Assembly (NCBI GenBank): GCA_040767085.1
Contig: JAXGPF010000004.1
Location: forward strand, 166,756 to 230,755
Reading direction: 5' to 3'
DNA: 64,000 bases
Source: Kiritimatiellia bacterium
Lineage (GTDB): Bacteria; Verrucomicrobiota; Kiritimatiellia; JAAZAB01
In this document: piece by piece, positions 29,169 to 39,601 of the stretch
How positions within the stretch are numbered: position 1 is the first letter of the stretch
How the letters are laid out: each line of letters opens with the position of its first letter
Position numbers and translations under genes: made by a program
Notes under the pieces: model-generated
Database searches by the model: none
What the model saw: only the letters and a program-made list of their open reading frames with translations
Told to the model about the DNA's origin: nothing

Positions 29169-32078
29169 ATGCCGGCCGCCCTTCATCCCGGACAGCCGGA
29201 TTGCCGGACTTCATTATCAAGCCGCGCCCGCGACGCAAGGATAAAAGTGCACAGTCCATCGTTATGCCGGCTGTTATTGAGCAGATGCCCGCTGTGGCTG
29301 GCGTTGCCGGCTTGCCTCAGCCTCAGCCTGCCGGTCGCAGCTCCATGCCAGGCAGAAGTCATCCATGAAGCGACGGTGACCTTCAGCGATGCCGCCCACC
29401 CGCCGCTGGTTTTCCATGATGCCGAAGGGCAGCTTCGCGGCATCCTGCCGGACCAATGGATGCTCTGGTCGAAAAAAACTGGCATCAAGGTGAATTTTCG
29501 GACGCTGCCCGCCGGGGAGGACCGCCGCGGCATCCAGGAAGGCCGCGCGGATATCATTGAAGCCGTAGTGCACGGCGATGAATACACCGGGCATTACGTA
29601 TTGCGGCCGCACACCCGGATCAATCTGCCGGTTTACACGCACAAATCGCTCAGCGGCATCGCCGACGTGGCATCGCTGAAAAATTTCGCCATCGGCGTCA
29701 AGGCCGGTGACGCCACGGGGCGCCACCTGGCCAGCCGGGGTGTGGTCAACCTGCGGGAATACCCGGGTTACGAAGACGTGATACTGGCCGCCAAGCGCGG
29801 GGAGATCATGGTGTTCGCCATGAGCGAATTGCCCATGATCTATTTCCTCTGCAAACACGGCCTGGCGCGCGACTTTCACCATGCCTTCACGCTTTGCGCG
29901 GTTGACATGCAGCGGGGTGTCGCCCGACGCAACCCGCGCCTGGCGCAACTGGTGGAAAGCGGCTTCAAGCAATTTTCCAGCACGGAATACAAGGCCATCG
30001 AACGGAAATGGCGCGGCGCGCCGTTCCTGCTGGCGGCTTTCATCCGGCACTGGTGGCTCTGGATTGCCGGCGCCAGCGCGGTCGTGCTGGCGCTGGCCTT
30101 AAGCAATCTGATCCTGGCGCGCCACGCGCGCCATAAGTCGGCGGCGCTGCTGGCCACCCGCGGGCATTTCACGATCATGTGCGATTTGATCAACGACGCG
30201 CTGCTGGAACTGGAGCCCGCCACTGGCGCCATCATCAATGTTAACCGCAGCATGTGCGAGATGTTCGGATACGCCGCCCCCAGAGACGTTGCGGCCGCGG
30301 GACTGGCAGCCTTGAGTTCCGGCAAACCGTCCTACACCCTGAACGACCTGCAGGAATGGATCCGCAAGGCGTCCGCAGAGGGGCCGCAGGTTTTCGAGTG
30401 GCAGGCGCGGCACCGCAAGGGATACTTTTTCTGGGTGGAAGTCCATATGCGCCGGGCGCAAAGCGGCGCGAGCGACCGCCTGTTTGTTTCCGCGCACAAT
30501 ATCACTCAACACCGCCGCGCGGCGCAGGAGTTGGCCCTGGCGTTGCATCGCTACAGCCTGTTGGAAAAGCAGCACCGGATCGTCACCTGGTCGCTTGACC
30601 GCCTGGGGATATACACCAACCTGGGCACGGAAGTCGAGGAAGTCTGGAAATACCGACCGGAGGAACTGGTCGGGAAAACCTATTTTTACGAATTGCATCC
30701 CGCGGAAGGCCGCACCGCCTTCCAAACGCGGGTGTCGGGCAATCTCGCCCACGGGCAGCCATTCCGCAACCTGGTCCATCCCTTGACCGCCAAGTCGGGC
30801 GAAATCATCTGGCTCTCTTCCACCGGCATTCCGCTGTTGGACGACCAGGGCCAGGTCACCGGCGCCTGGGGCACCAGCGCCGACATCACGGAACTGAAAC
30901 GCGCGGAATCCGAAAACGCCACCATCCAGGAACGCTTGAAGAACGTGCAAAAGTTCGAGTCCATCGGACGTTTTGCCGGCGCCGTCGCGCATGATTTCAA
31001 CAACATGCTCCAGGGCATCCTGGGCTATACGGACCTGGCGTTGGAGCAGGTTCCCGCCGGCCAGCCGCTGCGCGCCGACTTGGAGGAAATCCAGAAAACC
31101 GCCCGCCGCGCCACCCAATTGACGGGCCAGCTCCAGACCTTTGCCCGCAGCCAGTCCGTCGTCCCGAAAACATTTGTTTTGAACGCGGCGCTGGAAAACA
31201 TGACCGGCATGCTCCACCGCCTGCTGGGCGATCGAATCCAACTGATCTGGAAACCCGGCGGGCGGGCCGATGCCATCCGGATGGATCCCGGCCAATTGGA
31301 ACAGATCATGACCAACCTGTGTTCCAACGCCCGCGACGCCATCGAGCAATCCGGCCGGGTGGTGATCGAAACGGAGAGGGTGGACATCGCTTCCGCGGAA
31401 ACGGGGCGGCATGCCGGAATCGCGGCCGGCCAGTACATGCTGCTTGCCGTGCGCGATGACGGAACCGGCATGCCTCCAGAAGTCCGCGACCGCGTTTTCG
31501 AGCCGTTTTTCACCACCAAAACCCGCAGCCGGGGCGCGGGCCTGGGCCTGGCGACGGTTTACAGCATTGTCGCCCAGAATGGCGGCCATATCAGCATGGA
31601 AAGCGCGCCCGACCGCGGGACTTTGTGCAAAATATATCTGCCCCGTTGCGCGCCGGATCATGCCGCTGCTGAAAAGCGCGCCGCCCAGCCCGCACCGGTG
31701 GCAGCCGCGCATTACTGCGTGCTGCTGGTGGATGATGAAGAACCGGTGTTGTGCACCACCCAGCGGATATTGGAACACATGGGCTGCCGGGTCTGGACGG
31801 CCAATTCCGCCCGCGCCGCCCTGGCCTTGTTCCAGGAACACCGCGACCGGATCCAACTGCTCATCACCGACGTGATGATGCCCGAAATGAACGGCCCGGA
31901 ACTGGTGCGCCAACTGCGGAAACAAAATCCGCAATTGAAATACCTTTATATCTCCGGGCACAGCGTCAATTTCCTGGCCGAACAGGGCGTGAACGGCAAC
32001 GCCGAGAATTTCATTCAGAAACCGTTTAACCAGCAAACGCTGGCTGAGAAAGTGCACGCGTGCCTCGCCCAGGCGTAG
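29169..32078 (+). CDS. Hybrid sensor histidine kinase: periplasmic SBP (family 3) domain, TM, PAS, HisKA, HATPase_c, receiver
   Basis: HDFNNMLQGILGYTDLAL (H-box), GLGLATVYSIV (G2 box), and a C-terminal receiver LVDDEEPV...DVMMPEMNG. The N-terminal ~230 aa look like a solute-binding domain. The true start may be TTG at 29277 or GTG at 29247, giving the signal peptide LWLALPACLSLSLPVAAPCQA. Confidence 0.8.
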   Translation: MPAALHPGQPDCRTSLSSRARDARIKVHSPSLCRLLLSRCPLWLALPACLSLSLPVAAPCQAEVIHEATVTFSDAAHPPLVFHDAEGQLRGILPDQWMLWSKKTGIKVNFRTLPAGEDRRGIQEGRADIIEAVVHGDEYTGHYVLRPHTRINLPVYTHKSLSGIADVASLKNFAIGVKAGDATGRHLASRGVVNLREYPGYEDVILAAKRGEIMVFAMSELPMIYFLCKHGLARDFHHAFTLCAVDMQRGVARRNPRLAQLVESGFKQFSSTEYKAIERKWRGAPFLLAAFIRHWWLWIAGASAVVLALALSNLILARHARHKSAALLATRGHFTIMCDLINDALLELEPATGAIINVNRSMCEMFGYAAPRDVAAAGLAALSSGKPSYTLNDLQEWIRKASAEGPQVFEWQARHRKGYFFWVEVHMRRAQSGASDRLFVSAHNITQHRRAAQELALALHRYSLLEKQHRIVTWSLDRLGIYTNLGTEVEEVWKYRPEELVGKTYFYELHPAEGRTAFQTRVSGNLAHGQPFRNLVHPLTAKSGEIIWLSSTGIPLLDDQGQVTGAWGTSADITELKRAESENATIQERLKNVQKFESIGRFAGAVAHDFNNMLQGILGYTDLALEQVPAGQPLRADLEEIQKTARRATQLTGQLQTFARSQSVVPKTFVLNAALENMTGMLHRLLGDRIQLIWKPGGRADAIRMDPGQLEQIMTNLCSNARDAIEQSGRVVIETERVDIASAETGRHAGIAAGQYMLLAVRDDGTGMPPEVRDRVFEPFFTTKTRSRGAGLGLATVYSIVAQNGGHISMESAPDRGTLCKIYLPRCAPDHAAAEKRAAQPAPVAAAHYCVLLVDDEEPVLCTTQRILEHMGCRVWTANSARAALALFQEHRDRIQLLITDVMMPEMNGPELVRQLRKQNPQLKYLYISGHSVNFLAEQGVNGNAENFIQKPFNQQTLAEKVHACLAQA

Positions 32079-32081
32079 CGC

Positions 32082-33425
32082 TCAGGACGCCGGAGCGCCA
32101 TCCCGCCCGGCCGCCCACTCCCGGAACCGCTGCCCGCGTTCCTCGAAATTGCGAAACTGGTCAAAACTGGCGCAACCCGGCGACAGCAAAATAGTGTCAC
32201 CCGGCCCCGCATCATCCCAGGCCGCAGCGCAGGCCGCGTCCAGCGTGCCGCAAATCCGGCAGTCAACCGCGCCGCGCCAGGCTTCCGCCATGGCGGGCGC
32301 CGACTGTCCGATCAGGTACACAGCCGCCGCTTTCCCCCGCAGCAGCGCGGCCGCCGGACCGAACGGTTCGCCCTTGCCTGTGCCGCCGGCTATCAGCCGC
32401 AGGGGCCCGGGCAGCGCGCGCAGCGCGGCGCACATGGCGGCCATGTTGGTAGCTTTCGAGTCGTTGATGAAGCGCACGCCACCTGCGCAACCGACGGCTT
32501 CCATGCGGTGCGGCAATGCCACAAATTCGCGCGCGGCCGCTTCCAGGCAGGGAGCGGCAATACCGCAGGCCTGCATGGCGGCGGCGGCGGCCGCCGCCGC
32601 CGCGCCCAGAACCGGATTGTCAAAAACCGTCCCGCTGAGATTGATGACTGCGGCGCCGCCGGGCCCTGTCACCCGGCCGGGGCGGTAAATAAAATCCGCC
32701 GGCGGCGCTCTGCCGAAAGTCAGCCATTGCGCGGCTGATGCCGGCGGGTCGAATCGCCGCAGCAATGCCGGCTCCATGATGCCGACATTGCCGGCGCCGA
32801 GAGCGGCAAAAAGCCGGAACTTCAAGTTGCGATATGTTGCCATGCCGCCATGCCGGTCCAGATGGTTGGGCAGCACGTTCAATAAAACGGCGACATCCGG
32901 GCGGATTTCTCCGGGGAATTCCAATTGAAAGGAACTGACTTCCAACACGACCCAGTCATATTCCGCGCCATCCAGGACTACCTGGCAGGCGGGGCGGCCG
33001 TAATTTCCCGCGGGACAAGCCCGCCGCCCCGCCCGCGCCAGGGCCTCAGCGCATAGTTTCACCAGCGTGCTCTTGCCGTTCGAGCCGGTAATGGCCAACA
33101 CGCGCGCCCGCAGGTGGCGCCACCCGAAGGCCAGTTCCGAAACGACCGGTATGCCGCGCGCGGCCGCCGCGCGCAGCCAGGGAGAATCGGCCGGCAGGCC
33201 GGGACTGACCACGCAGAGATCGAACACGCCGGGCGGCAAGCCGGCGGCGCCCACCGACACGGCGCAACCTTCCGCGCGCAAAGCCGCGGCCGTCTGGCGC
33301 AAGACCGGGTTGTCGGCGGCGTCCGCCGCCGTTACCGCCGCTTTTTGCCGCCGCAGCAGGCGCGCCGCCGCCACTCCACTGGCGCCCAGCCCCAGCACCA
33401 GTGCATTCTGTGCGCCGCCAGCCAT
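32082..33425 (-). CDS. murD: UDP-N-acetylmuramoylalanine--D-glutamate ligase
   Basis: ITGSNGKST P-loop, dcw-cluster context, and a Mur ligase C-terminal region. Confidence 0.8.
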   Translation of the reverse strand: MAGGAQNALVLGLGASGVAAARLLRRQKAAVTAADAADNPVLRQTAAALRAEGCAVSVGAAGLPPGVFDLCVVSPGLPADSPWLRAAAARGIPVVSELAFGWRHLRARVLAITGSNGKSTLVKLCAEALARAGRRACPAGNYGRPACQVVLDGAEYDWVVLEVSSFQLEFPGEIRPDVAVLLNVLPNHLDRHGGMATYRNLKFRLFAALGAGNVGIMEPALLRRFDPPASAAQWLTFGRAPPADFIYRPGRVTGPGGAAVINLSGTVFDNPVLGAAAAAAAAAMQACGIAAPCLEAAAREFVALPHRMEAVGCAGGVRFINDSKATNMAAMCAALRALPGPLRLIAGGTGKGEPFGPAAALLRGKAAAVYLIGQSAPAMAEAWRGAVDCRICGTLDAACAAAWDDAGPGDTILLSPGCASFDQFRNFEERGQRFREWAAGRDGAPAS

Positions 33426-33437
33426 GAGACCTGTATC

Positions 33438-34555
33438 CTAACGGATTTTCAGCATCAAAACGCCGCACAGCGCGCAAATGATGGAAACAATCCAAAAACG
33501 GATGGTCACTTGCGTTTCGCTCCACGGCCGGTTTTTTTTCAATTCGAAGTGGTGGTGCAGCGGCGCGCAGGCGAAAATCCGCCGACGCGTCCATTTGAAC
33601 CATCCGACTTGCAGAATCACGCTTGCCGCTTCCATGACAAACACCCCGCCAATGACCAGGAGGGCCAACTCGTGCTTGATCAGGACCGCCACGATCCCGA
33701 GACCGCCGCCCAGCGCCAGGCTGCCCGTATCGCCCATGAAGACCTGCGCGGGATGGCAGTTGAACCATAAAAAACCCAGGGCGCCGCCCAGCAGGCACCC
33801 GCAAAACACCGCCAACTCTCCCGCCCCGGCGATGTATGGCACCTGCAAATACGCCGCAAACTGGACATGACCGGCCACGTAGGCCAGCACCAGGTACGCC
33901 AGCGCGACCGACCCGGTGCAACCGATGGCCAGGCCATCCAGGCCGTCGGTCAAATTCACGGCATTGCTGGCGCCGATCATGACCAGCGCCGCGAAAATGA
34001 ATCCCGCCAGCCAGCCCATGTCCGCCAGCGCCGGCGTCTTGCAGAAGGGCACCATCAATTGGCGCGCGTGCTCGCGCGTCAAGGGCAGGCTCAGCATGAC
34101 GCCAAACACCGCCGCCGCCCACAATACCTGCAGCAGCAGTTTCTGGCGCGCCGGCAGCCCGCCGGGACGGCGGCGCACCACCTTGATGAAATCGTCCGCA
34201 AAGCCGATGCCGCCAAACGCCAGCATCGTAGCCAGGGCCAGCCAGATTAACGGGCTGGCCGGTATGGCCCAAAGCAAAACGGCGGCGCCGACGGATGCCA
34301 TGATCAGCAGCCCGCCCATGGTGGGCGTGGTTTTCTTTTGCGCGCCATGCAGGTCGTCCAGCGCGGGGGCGTCCGCGCGGTAGCGCGTGGCATCCCCGCT
34401 GCACAGATGGCCCAGACGGCGGATCACCCACGGCCCCAGGATGAGGCTGAGGATGAATGCCGTGCCGGCGCCCGCAAAAGCGCGCACGGTGATATATTGA
34501 AACACCCGCAAGACCGACCATTCATCCGCCAGCAAGTGCAGGTAATACAGCATGG
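33438..34555 (-). CDS. mraY: Phospho-N-acetylmuramoyl-pentapeptide transferase
   Basis: NAVNLTDGLDGLA and PAQVFMGDTGSLALGG...HHHFE MraY signatures. The true start is MLYYLHLL; the track ORF 33438..34907 is over-extended. Confidence 0.85.
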
Positions 34556-34573
34556 CCCGTCCCTTCCCGTGTC

Positions 34574-35977
34574 TTACTCCGCGGCGGCGCCGCGAGCCGG
34601 CGGCGCCATGGCCCCCAGCACGCGCAGAACATTTTCCAGCCCGATCCCGCGCGAGCCCTTCAGCAAAACCATGTCGCCCGGCCGCGCGGATTGCTCCAGA
34701 ACCGCGGCCGCCTCCGCCGTCCCGGCGCACCGGAAGATGCGGTCCGGCGACAAGCCGCCGGCGGCCGCCCCGTCGGCGATCAGCGCGGCCAGTTCGCCCA
34801 CCGTCACCAGCCCCTGCCAGGGGCCGGCCGCAACCTGCCGGCCCAATTCCCGGTGCAGGTCCGCGGCTGCGTCGCCCAGTTCCAGCATACCGCCGAGCAC
34901 CAGCCACTTACGGGCGCCCGGCAACCCGCCGTAGGTCCGCAAAGCCTCCGCCATGCTCATGGGATTAGCGTTGTAGGCGTCGTTGATCAAGGCCAGCCCG
35001 CGCCAAACACTGGACTCCCAGCGCATGGGCGGCGGACGGTATCGTTCCAGGGCCTGGAGAATAACCGGCCATTCCAATCCCCAGGCCCGCCCGACGGCCG
35101 CGGCAAAAAGCATGTTCGCCAGGTTATGGCGGCCGGGCACAGGCGGACGCGCGCGCCACTCCCGACCGCCCGCGCGTTCGCCGAACACGGCCAGGCCGTC
35201 CGCGTCCATGCGCGCCTGGAAGTCCGGGGACGCGCCGGATGACTCCGGCGCCACCGCCACCGACAGCACCCGGCAGGGCGCCGCCGCCCGCAATGTCCCG
35301 TACCAGGGGGCATCCGCGCGCAACACCGCCAGCCCTTTGGCCGGCAAAGCGCGCAGCAATTCCGCCTTGGCCCGGGCGATGGCCGTTTCGGATTTGAAAA
35401 ACTCCAGGTGCACGGGGGCGACGTTGGTGACCACGCCCCAATCCGGCGCCATGATCCGGCATAACGCCTCCATTTCCCCGGGATGATTCACGCCCGCCTC
35501 GAACACGCCCGCCTGCGCTTCCGACAGCATGTTGAGCAGGCTCAGCGGCAGGCCGATGTGATTATTCCAGTTGCCCCGCGAGCGGGCCGTCGGCAACGCC
35601 GCCGCCAGCACATCGGCGATCATCTCCTTGACCGTGGTTTTGCCAGCGCTGCCGGTGACACCCACGATCCGCGCGGACCGCGTCCGGCGGTATCCAGCGG
35701 CCATGGCTTGCAGCGCTTGCAGGGGATCGGCCGCGCGCAACAGCGGCCCGCCGCCGGCGGGATGTTCCGGCCTGACCACCGCGCCGGCGGCGCCGCGGCG
35801 GAAGGCTTCGGCGACGTAAGCATGGCCGTCGCAATGCGCGCCCGGCAACGCCACGAAAAGCGCGCCGGGATCGACGGCGCGGGAATCCGCGGTGACGGCG
35901 GTGATGGCGCGCGGCGCGCCGCCTTCCCAGGCGCCGCCGCACCATCGTGCCAATGCATGTGGCTCCAGTCCGGCCAT
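34574..35977 (-). CDS. murF: UDP-N-acetylmuramoyl-tripeptide--D-alanyl-D-alanine ligase
   Basis: VGVTGSAGKTTVKEM P-loop with Mur ligase architecture, positioned between murE and mraY. Confidence 0.8.
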   Translation of the reverse strand: MAGLEPHALARWCGGAWEGGAPRAITAVTADSRAVDPGALFVALPGAHCDGHAYVAEAFRRGAAGAVVRPEHPAGGGPLLRAADPLQALQAMAAGYRRTRSARIVGVTGSAGKTTVKEMIADVLAAALPTARSRGNWNNHIGLPLSLLNMLSEAQAGVFEAGVNHPGEMEALCRIMAPDWGVVTNVAPVHLEFFKSETAIARAKAELLRALPAKGLAVLRADAPWYGTLRAAAPCRVLSVAVAPESSGASPDFQARMDADGLAVFGERAGGREWRARPPVPGRHNLANMLFAAAVGRAWGLEWPVILQALERYRPPPMRWESSVWRGLALINDAYNANPMSMAEALRTYGGLPGARKWLVLGGMLELGDAAADLHRELGRQVAAGPWQGLVTVGELAALIADGAAAGGLSPDRIFRCAGTAEAAAVLEQSARPGDMVLLKGSRGIGLENVLRVLGAMAPPARGAAAE

Positions 35978-35978
35978 G

Positions 35979-37451
35979 TCAGGATTTAACCCCCAGGCAT
36001 TCCCGCACCACCTGGCGATCGTCGAATGGAATCACCGTATCGGCGAATTCCTGGTAATTTTCATGGCCTTTGCCGGCGATGAGCACCACATCGCCGCGCT
36101 CGGCCAGCGACAAAGCCCGCACGATGGCCTCGTAACGGTCTTCCACGACTTCGAAGTTGTCATGCCCGGCAAAGCCGGCGCGCACCTCGGCGATGATCTC
36201 GGATGGATTTTCCTTGCGGGGATTGTCAGAGGTCACAATCGCGTAATCCGCCAACTCCGCCGCCGCCGCGCCCATCAGCGGCCGTTTGCGCCGGTCCCGG
36301 TCGCCGCCGCAGCCAAACACCACGATCAAGCGCCCGGCGGTGATCTCGCGCATGGTGGATAAAACGTTTTGCAGGGCATCGGCGGTATGGGCGTAATCCA
36401 CGAAAACCTGGAAACCGGCGCGGCTTTCAATTTGCTCCAGGCGGCCCGGCACCGATTCCATGGTGTTCAACACCGGCGCGATCGATGGCAAATCCACTCC
36501 CAGCGCGGCGCAGGCTCCCAGTGCCGCCAGCGCGTTGTAAACGTTGAAACGGCCCAGCAGGCGCAGCCGCAAAGGCAGCGTGCCCCAGGGAGTCACGGCT
36601 TCGAACACGCTGCCGCGCGGGCTCAACTGCAGATTGACAGCCCGGATCTGGGCCCGGGGATGCTGGATGCCATACGCGATGGCCGACGCGTGTTTGGCCG
36701 CCAGTTCCAACAGGCGGGGGCCATGCCGATCGTCCAGGTTGATCAAGGCCGTCTGGCCGGGCTGGCCCCGCAAGCCGCGGAAGAGCAGACTTTTGGCCTC
36801 GTAATAGCCATCCACGGTTTGATGGTAATCCAGGTGGTCATGCGTCAGATTGGTAAAAACGGCGACATCGTAGTCAATGCCCCAGGTTCGCCGCTGCACC
36901 AAGCCGTGGGAGGAAACTTCCATGATGGCGCTCTGACATCCCGCGCTGACCATTTGCGCGAGCATGTTATGCAGGTCGATGGATTCCGGCGTGGTCCGCG
37001 CGGCGGGAATGGATCGGTCGCCGATTTCATAACGGATGGTGCCGATCAAACCCGGCCGCAGTCCGGCGGTTTGCAGGATGTTCCGCGCCATGGCGGCGGT
37101 CGTGGTTTTGCCATTGGTGCCGGTGATGCCCAACATCCGCAGGCGCCGCGCCGGATAGTCATAAAAAACCGCCGCCATTTCCGCCATCACCTGCCGCACA
37201 TCGCCCACGCGCACGAACAGCGTGTGCCCGCGGGGCAGTGTCAACGGGTCGCGGGTGACAATCATCGCGGCGCCGCGCGTCAGCGCATCCTGAACGAAAC
37301 GGCTGCCGTCAAGTTTGTTGCCCGGCACCGCGAAAAAAGCCTGGCCAGGCTTGACTTGTCGCGAATCCAGCGCCAATCCCTTGATTTCGACGCCCGGATC
37401 GCCATGCGACTCCAGCACCTGCGTCGCCGCCAATAAAACGCTTGCCTTCAT
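35979..37451 (-). CDS. murE: UDP-N-acetylmuramoyl-L-alanyl-D-glutamate--2,6-diaminopimelate ligase
   Basis: GITGTNGKTTTA P-loop. A DNPR-like motif (SDNPRKENP) indicates meso-DAP specificity. Confidence 0.8.
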   Translation of the reverse strand: MKASVLLAATQVLESHGDPGVEIKGLALDSRQVKPGQAFFAVPGNKLDGSRFVQDALTRGAAMIVTRDPLTLPRGHTLFVRVGDVRQVMAEMAAVFYDYPARRLRMLGITGTNGKTTTAAMARNILQTAGLRPGLIGTIRYEIGDRSIPAARTTPESIDLHNMLAQMVSAGCQSAIMEVSSHGLVQRRTWGIDYDVAVFTNLTHDHLDYHQTVDGYYEAKSLLFRGLRGQPGQTALINLDDRHGPRLLELAAKHASAIAYGIQHPRAQIRAVNLQLSPRGSVFEAVTPWGTLPLRLRLLGRFNVYNALAALGACAALGVDLPSIAPVLNTMESVPGRLEQIESRAGFQVFVDYAHTADALQNVLSTMREITAGRLIVVFGCGGDRDRRKRPLMGAAAAELADYAIVTSDNPRKENPSEIIAEVRAGFAGHDNFEVVEDRYEAIVRALSLAERGDVVLIAGKGHENYQEFADTVIPFDDRQVVRECLGVKS

Positions 37452-37506
37452 AACCCCTTTTCCCCGCTAGCATTCGACGCGTCCAGCGCCTCCCTGGTTC
37501 CCGGCT

Positions 37507-39234
37507 TCAGCGCGCGTCCGCCAACGCCAGCGGCGCTGGCGCAAGAATATCCAGATAACGCACTGTCTCCGCTGCAATCGCACTGAAAACCGGGCCGGCC
37601 GCCGCGCCGCCGGTGCGCGTTTGTTTTGGCTCATCCAAGACCACGATGATCGCCAGTTGCGGCGCTTCCGCCGGAATTACTCCCACAAAGGAAGACATGT
37701 TCAACAGGTCCGAATACCCGCCGGCCACCGGTTTCTGCGCCGTGCCGGTTTTACCGGCGACGGTATATCCTTCCACGCGCGCCCGCCGCCCGGTGCCGCC
37801 CTCTTCGGTGACACGCGTGAGCAGTTTCAACATGCAGTCCGCGCTGGCGGGACTAATCGGGCGTCCCAGTTCGACCGGCTCCTGGCGCGTCAGCACCCGT
37901 CCTTCACTGTCGCGGACTTCCCGCACCACGTACGGCCGCAGCAGCACACCGCCATTAGCGATGGCGCAAATCACCCCCAGCATCTGCAGCGAAGTCATGG
38001 CGACTTCGTGCCCCATGGCGATGCGGGTAATGCTCAAAGGCGTCCAGCGCGCCAGAGGATGCAAGGTTCCGCCTTCCTCCCCGGGCAGGTCTATGCCCAT
38101 GGGCCGGCCCATGCCGAAGGCCCGCAGATATTCATGCAAACGCTCCGGCCCCAACGCCAGTGCGATTTTGGCCGCGCCGATATTGCTGGATTTCTTGATG
38201 ATGTCGGCCACTGACAGCCGGCCGTAGGGATGATAATCCCGCAGAGGCCGCCGCTGGTAAATCCAGGCGCCGTTCTCGCAGTCAAAAACTTGGTCGGGAT
38301 GCACCGCCCCCGCGTCCAGCGCCGCGGCGATCACCGCCATCTTGAATGTGGAGCCCGGCTCGTAGTTGTAGGCGATGCAGCGATTGCGACGCGCCTCCGG
38401 ATCGGCGTTGCGGAAATCGTTCCCGTCATAGGCCGGGTAACCGGCCATGGCCAGGATTTCCCCGGTCGCAATCCGCTCGACAATCGCCCAGCCCGCCAGG
38501 GCCCGCTGCTCCGCCACTGCCTGGCGCACCGCCTGCTCGGCAATGTACTGCACATAATGGTCCAGCGTCAACACCAGGTCCGCCCCGGGGCGTGGCCGGA
38601 TTTCCAGCAGGCGCCGGTCATACAGTTCACGACGGCGCCCATCCAACTCGCTGATCAGCATGCCCGGCGCCCCGCGCAGGTAACGTTCCCAGCGCTGCTC
38701 CACTCCCGCGCTGCCCTGCCGTTCCAGGTTGACATAGCCCAGCACGTGGCAGAGACTATCGCCGCGGGGATACACCCGCACCATGTTTTCGCGCATGAAC
38801 ACCCCGGGCAGATGCCGGGAACGCAAAACCTCCGCCAGGTCCTGGTCCACCGTCCGGCCATATCCCAGCACGGTGACATCACGGCTGCCGGGGCGGTTTA
38901 GCCGGTCGCGCAAATCGCCGGCATCCAGTGCCAGCAGTTGGGCCAACTCCTGCGCCACCCGGTCCAGACTATTCTGCCGGACAATCGTTTCCGGGTCCGC
39001 GCGCACTTCCTGGCGCACCAGGTCCAAAGCCAGCAAGTGCTCCTGGCAATCCAGAATTTTTCCGCGCCCGACCGTCAGGCTTTTTTCCAGGCGCCGCAGT
39101 TCCGCAATACGCTCCCGCCGTTGTTCGCAGGGTCCGGCATGCAGGTAGACCAGGCGCGCGCTTAACCCGCCCATCAGGATGAAGAGCAATCCCAGCGTCA
39201 GCCATAAGCGGATTTGCAGTTTGCGGTCAGTCAT
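37507..39234 (-). CDS. ftsI: Peptidoglycan D,D-transpeptidase FtsI (class B PBP)
   Basis: N-terminal TM anchor, a PBP dimerisation region, and transpeptidase motifs STFK (EPGSTFK), SSN and KTGT. Confidence 0.8.
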   Translation of the reverse strand: MTDRKLQIRLWLTLGLLFILMGGLSARLVYLHAGPCEQRRERIAELRRLEKSLTVGRGKILDCQEHLLALDLVRQEVRADPETIVRQNSLDRVAQELAQLLALDAGDLRDRLNRPGSRDVTVLGYGRTVDQDLAEVLRSRHLPGVFMRENMVRVYPRGDSLCHVLGYVNLERQGSAGVEQRWERYLRGAPGMLISELDGRRRELYDRRLLEIRPRPGADLVLTLDHYVQYIAEQAVRQAVAEQRALAGWAIVERIATGEILAMAGYPAYDGNDFRNADPEARRNRCIAYNYEPGSTFKMAVIAAALDAGAVHPDQVFDCENGAWIYQRRPLRDYHPYGRLSVADIIKKSSNIGAAKIALALGPERLHEYLRAFGMGRPMGIDLPGEEGGTLHPLARWTPLSITRIAMGHEVAMTSLQMLGVICAIANGGVLLRPYVVREVRDSEGRVLTRQEPVELGRPISPASADCMLKLLTRVTEEGGTGRRARVEGYTVAGKTGTAQKPVAGGYSDLLNMSSFVGVIPAEAPQLAIIVVLDEPKQTRTGGAAAGPVFSAIAAETVRYLDILAPAPLALADAR

Positions 39235-39601
39235 TCATCAGGGTCCTGGATGAATCCGCCAGATGCGCCAGGTAGCCGACATCATTCGGCGTCCGCCGCG
39301 CCGGCAGGCGCACTACGTCGCGGGCTTCCGGCGCAATCATGACCAGGCGGTTCCGCGCCAGCGCCTGCTCGATGCTGGCCGGCGATTTGAGCATTTCCCA
39401 CTTGGACAATTCATGCGCGCAGGATTTGGTCGCCTCGGCCAGCTCTTTTTCCAGCACCTTGATGCGCGCCCCCAGAGCGTGGGCCTGGGCATCCAACCAG
39501 ATGTAGGACAACAGCAGCGTCGCCGTCAGCGCCAGGAAAACCGCCGCCGGCAGGGGAAAAGCAAAACCTGCATTGTTGCGTTTGCGGTTTTTAGCGGACA
39601 T
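39227..39601 (-). CDS. ftsL: Cell division protein FtsL-like
   Basis: 124 aa with a single TM helix and a coiled coil, positioned between rsmH and ftsI. Confidence 0.6.
   Translation of the reverse strand: MSAKNRKRNNAGFAFPLPAAVFLALTATLLLSYIWLDAQAHALGARIKVLEKELAEATKSCAHELSKWEMLKSPASIEQALARNRLVMIAPEARDVVRLPARRTPNDVGYLAHLADSSRTLMND

Noticed and set aside
30099-32057. 652-aa minus-strand ORF
   Set aside because: Antisense to the histidine kinase, which has H-box, G-box and receiver motifs.
33046-34521. 491-aa minus-strand ORF
   Set aside because: An alternative frame overlapping mraY and murD. MraY motifs lie in the 33438..34555 frame.
36369-37436. 355-aa plus-strand ORF
   Set aside because: Antisense to murE.
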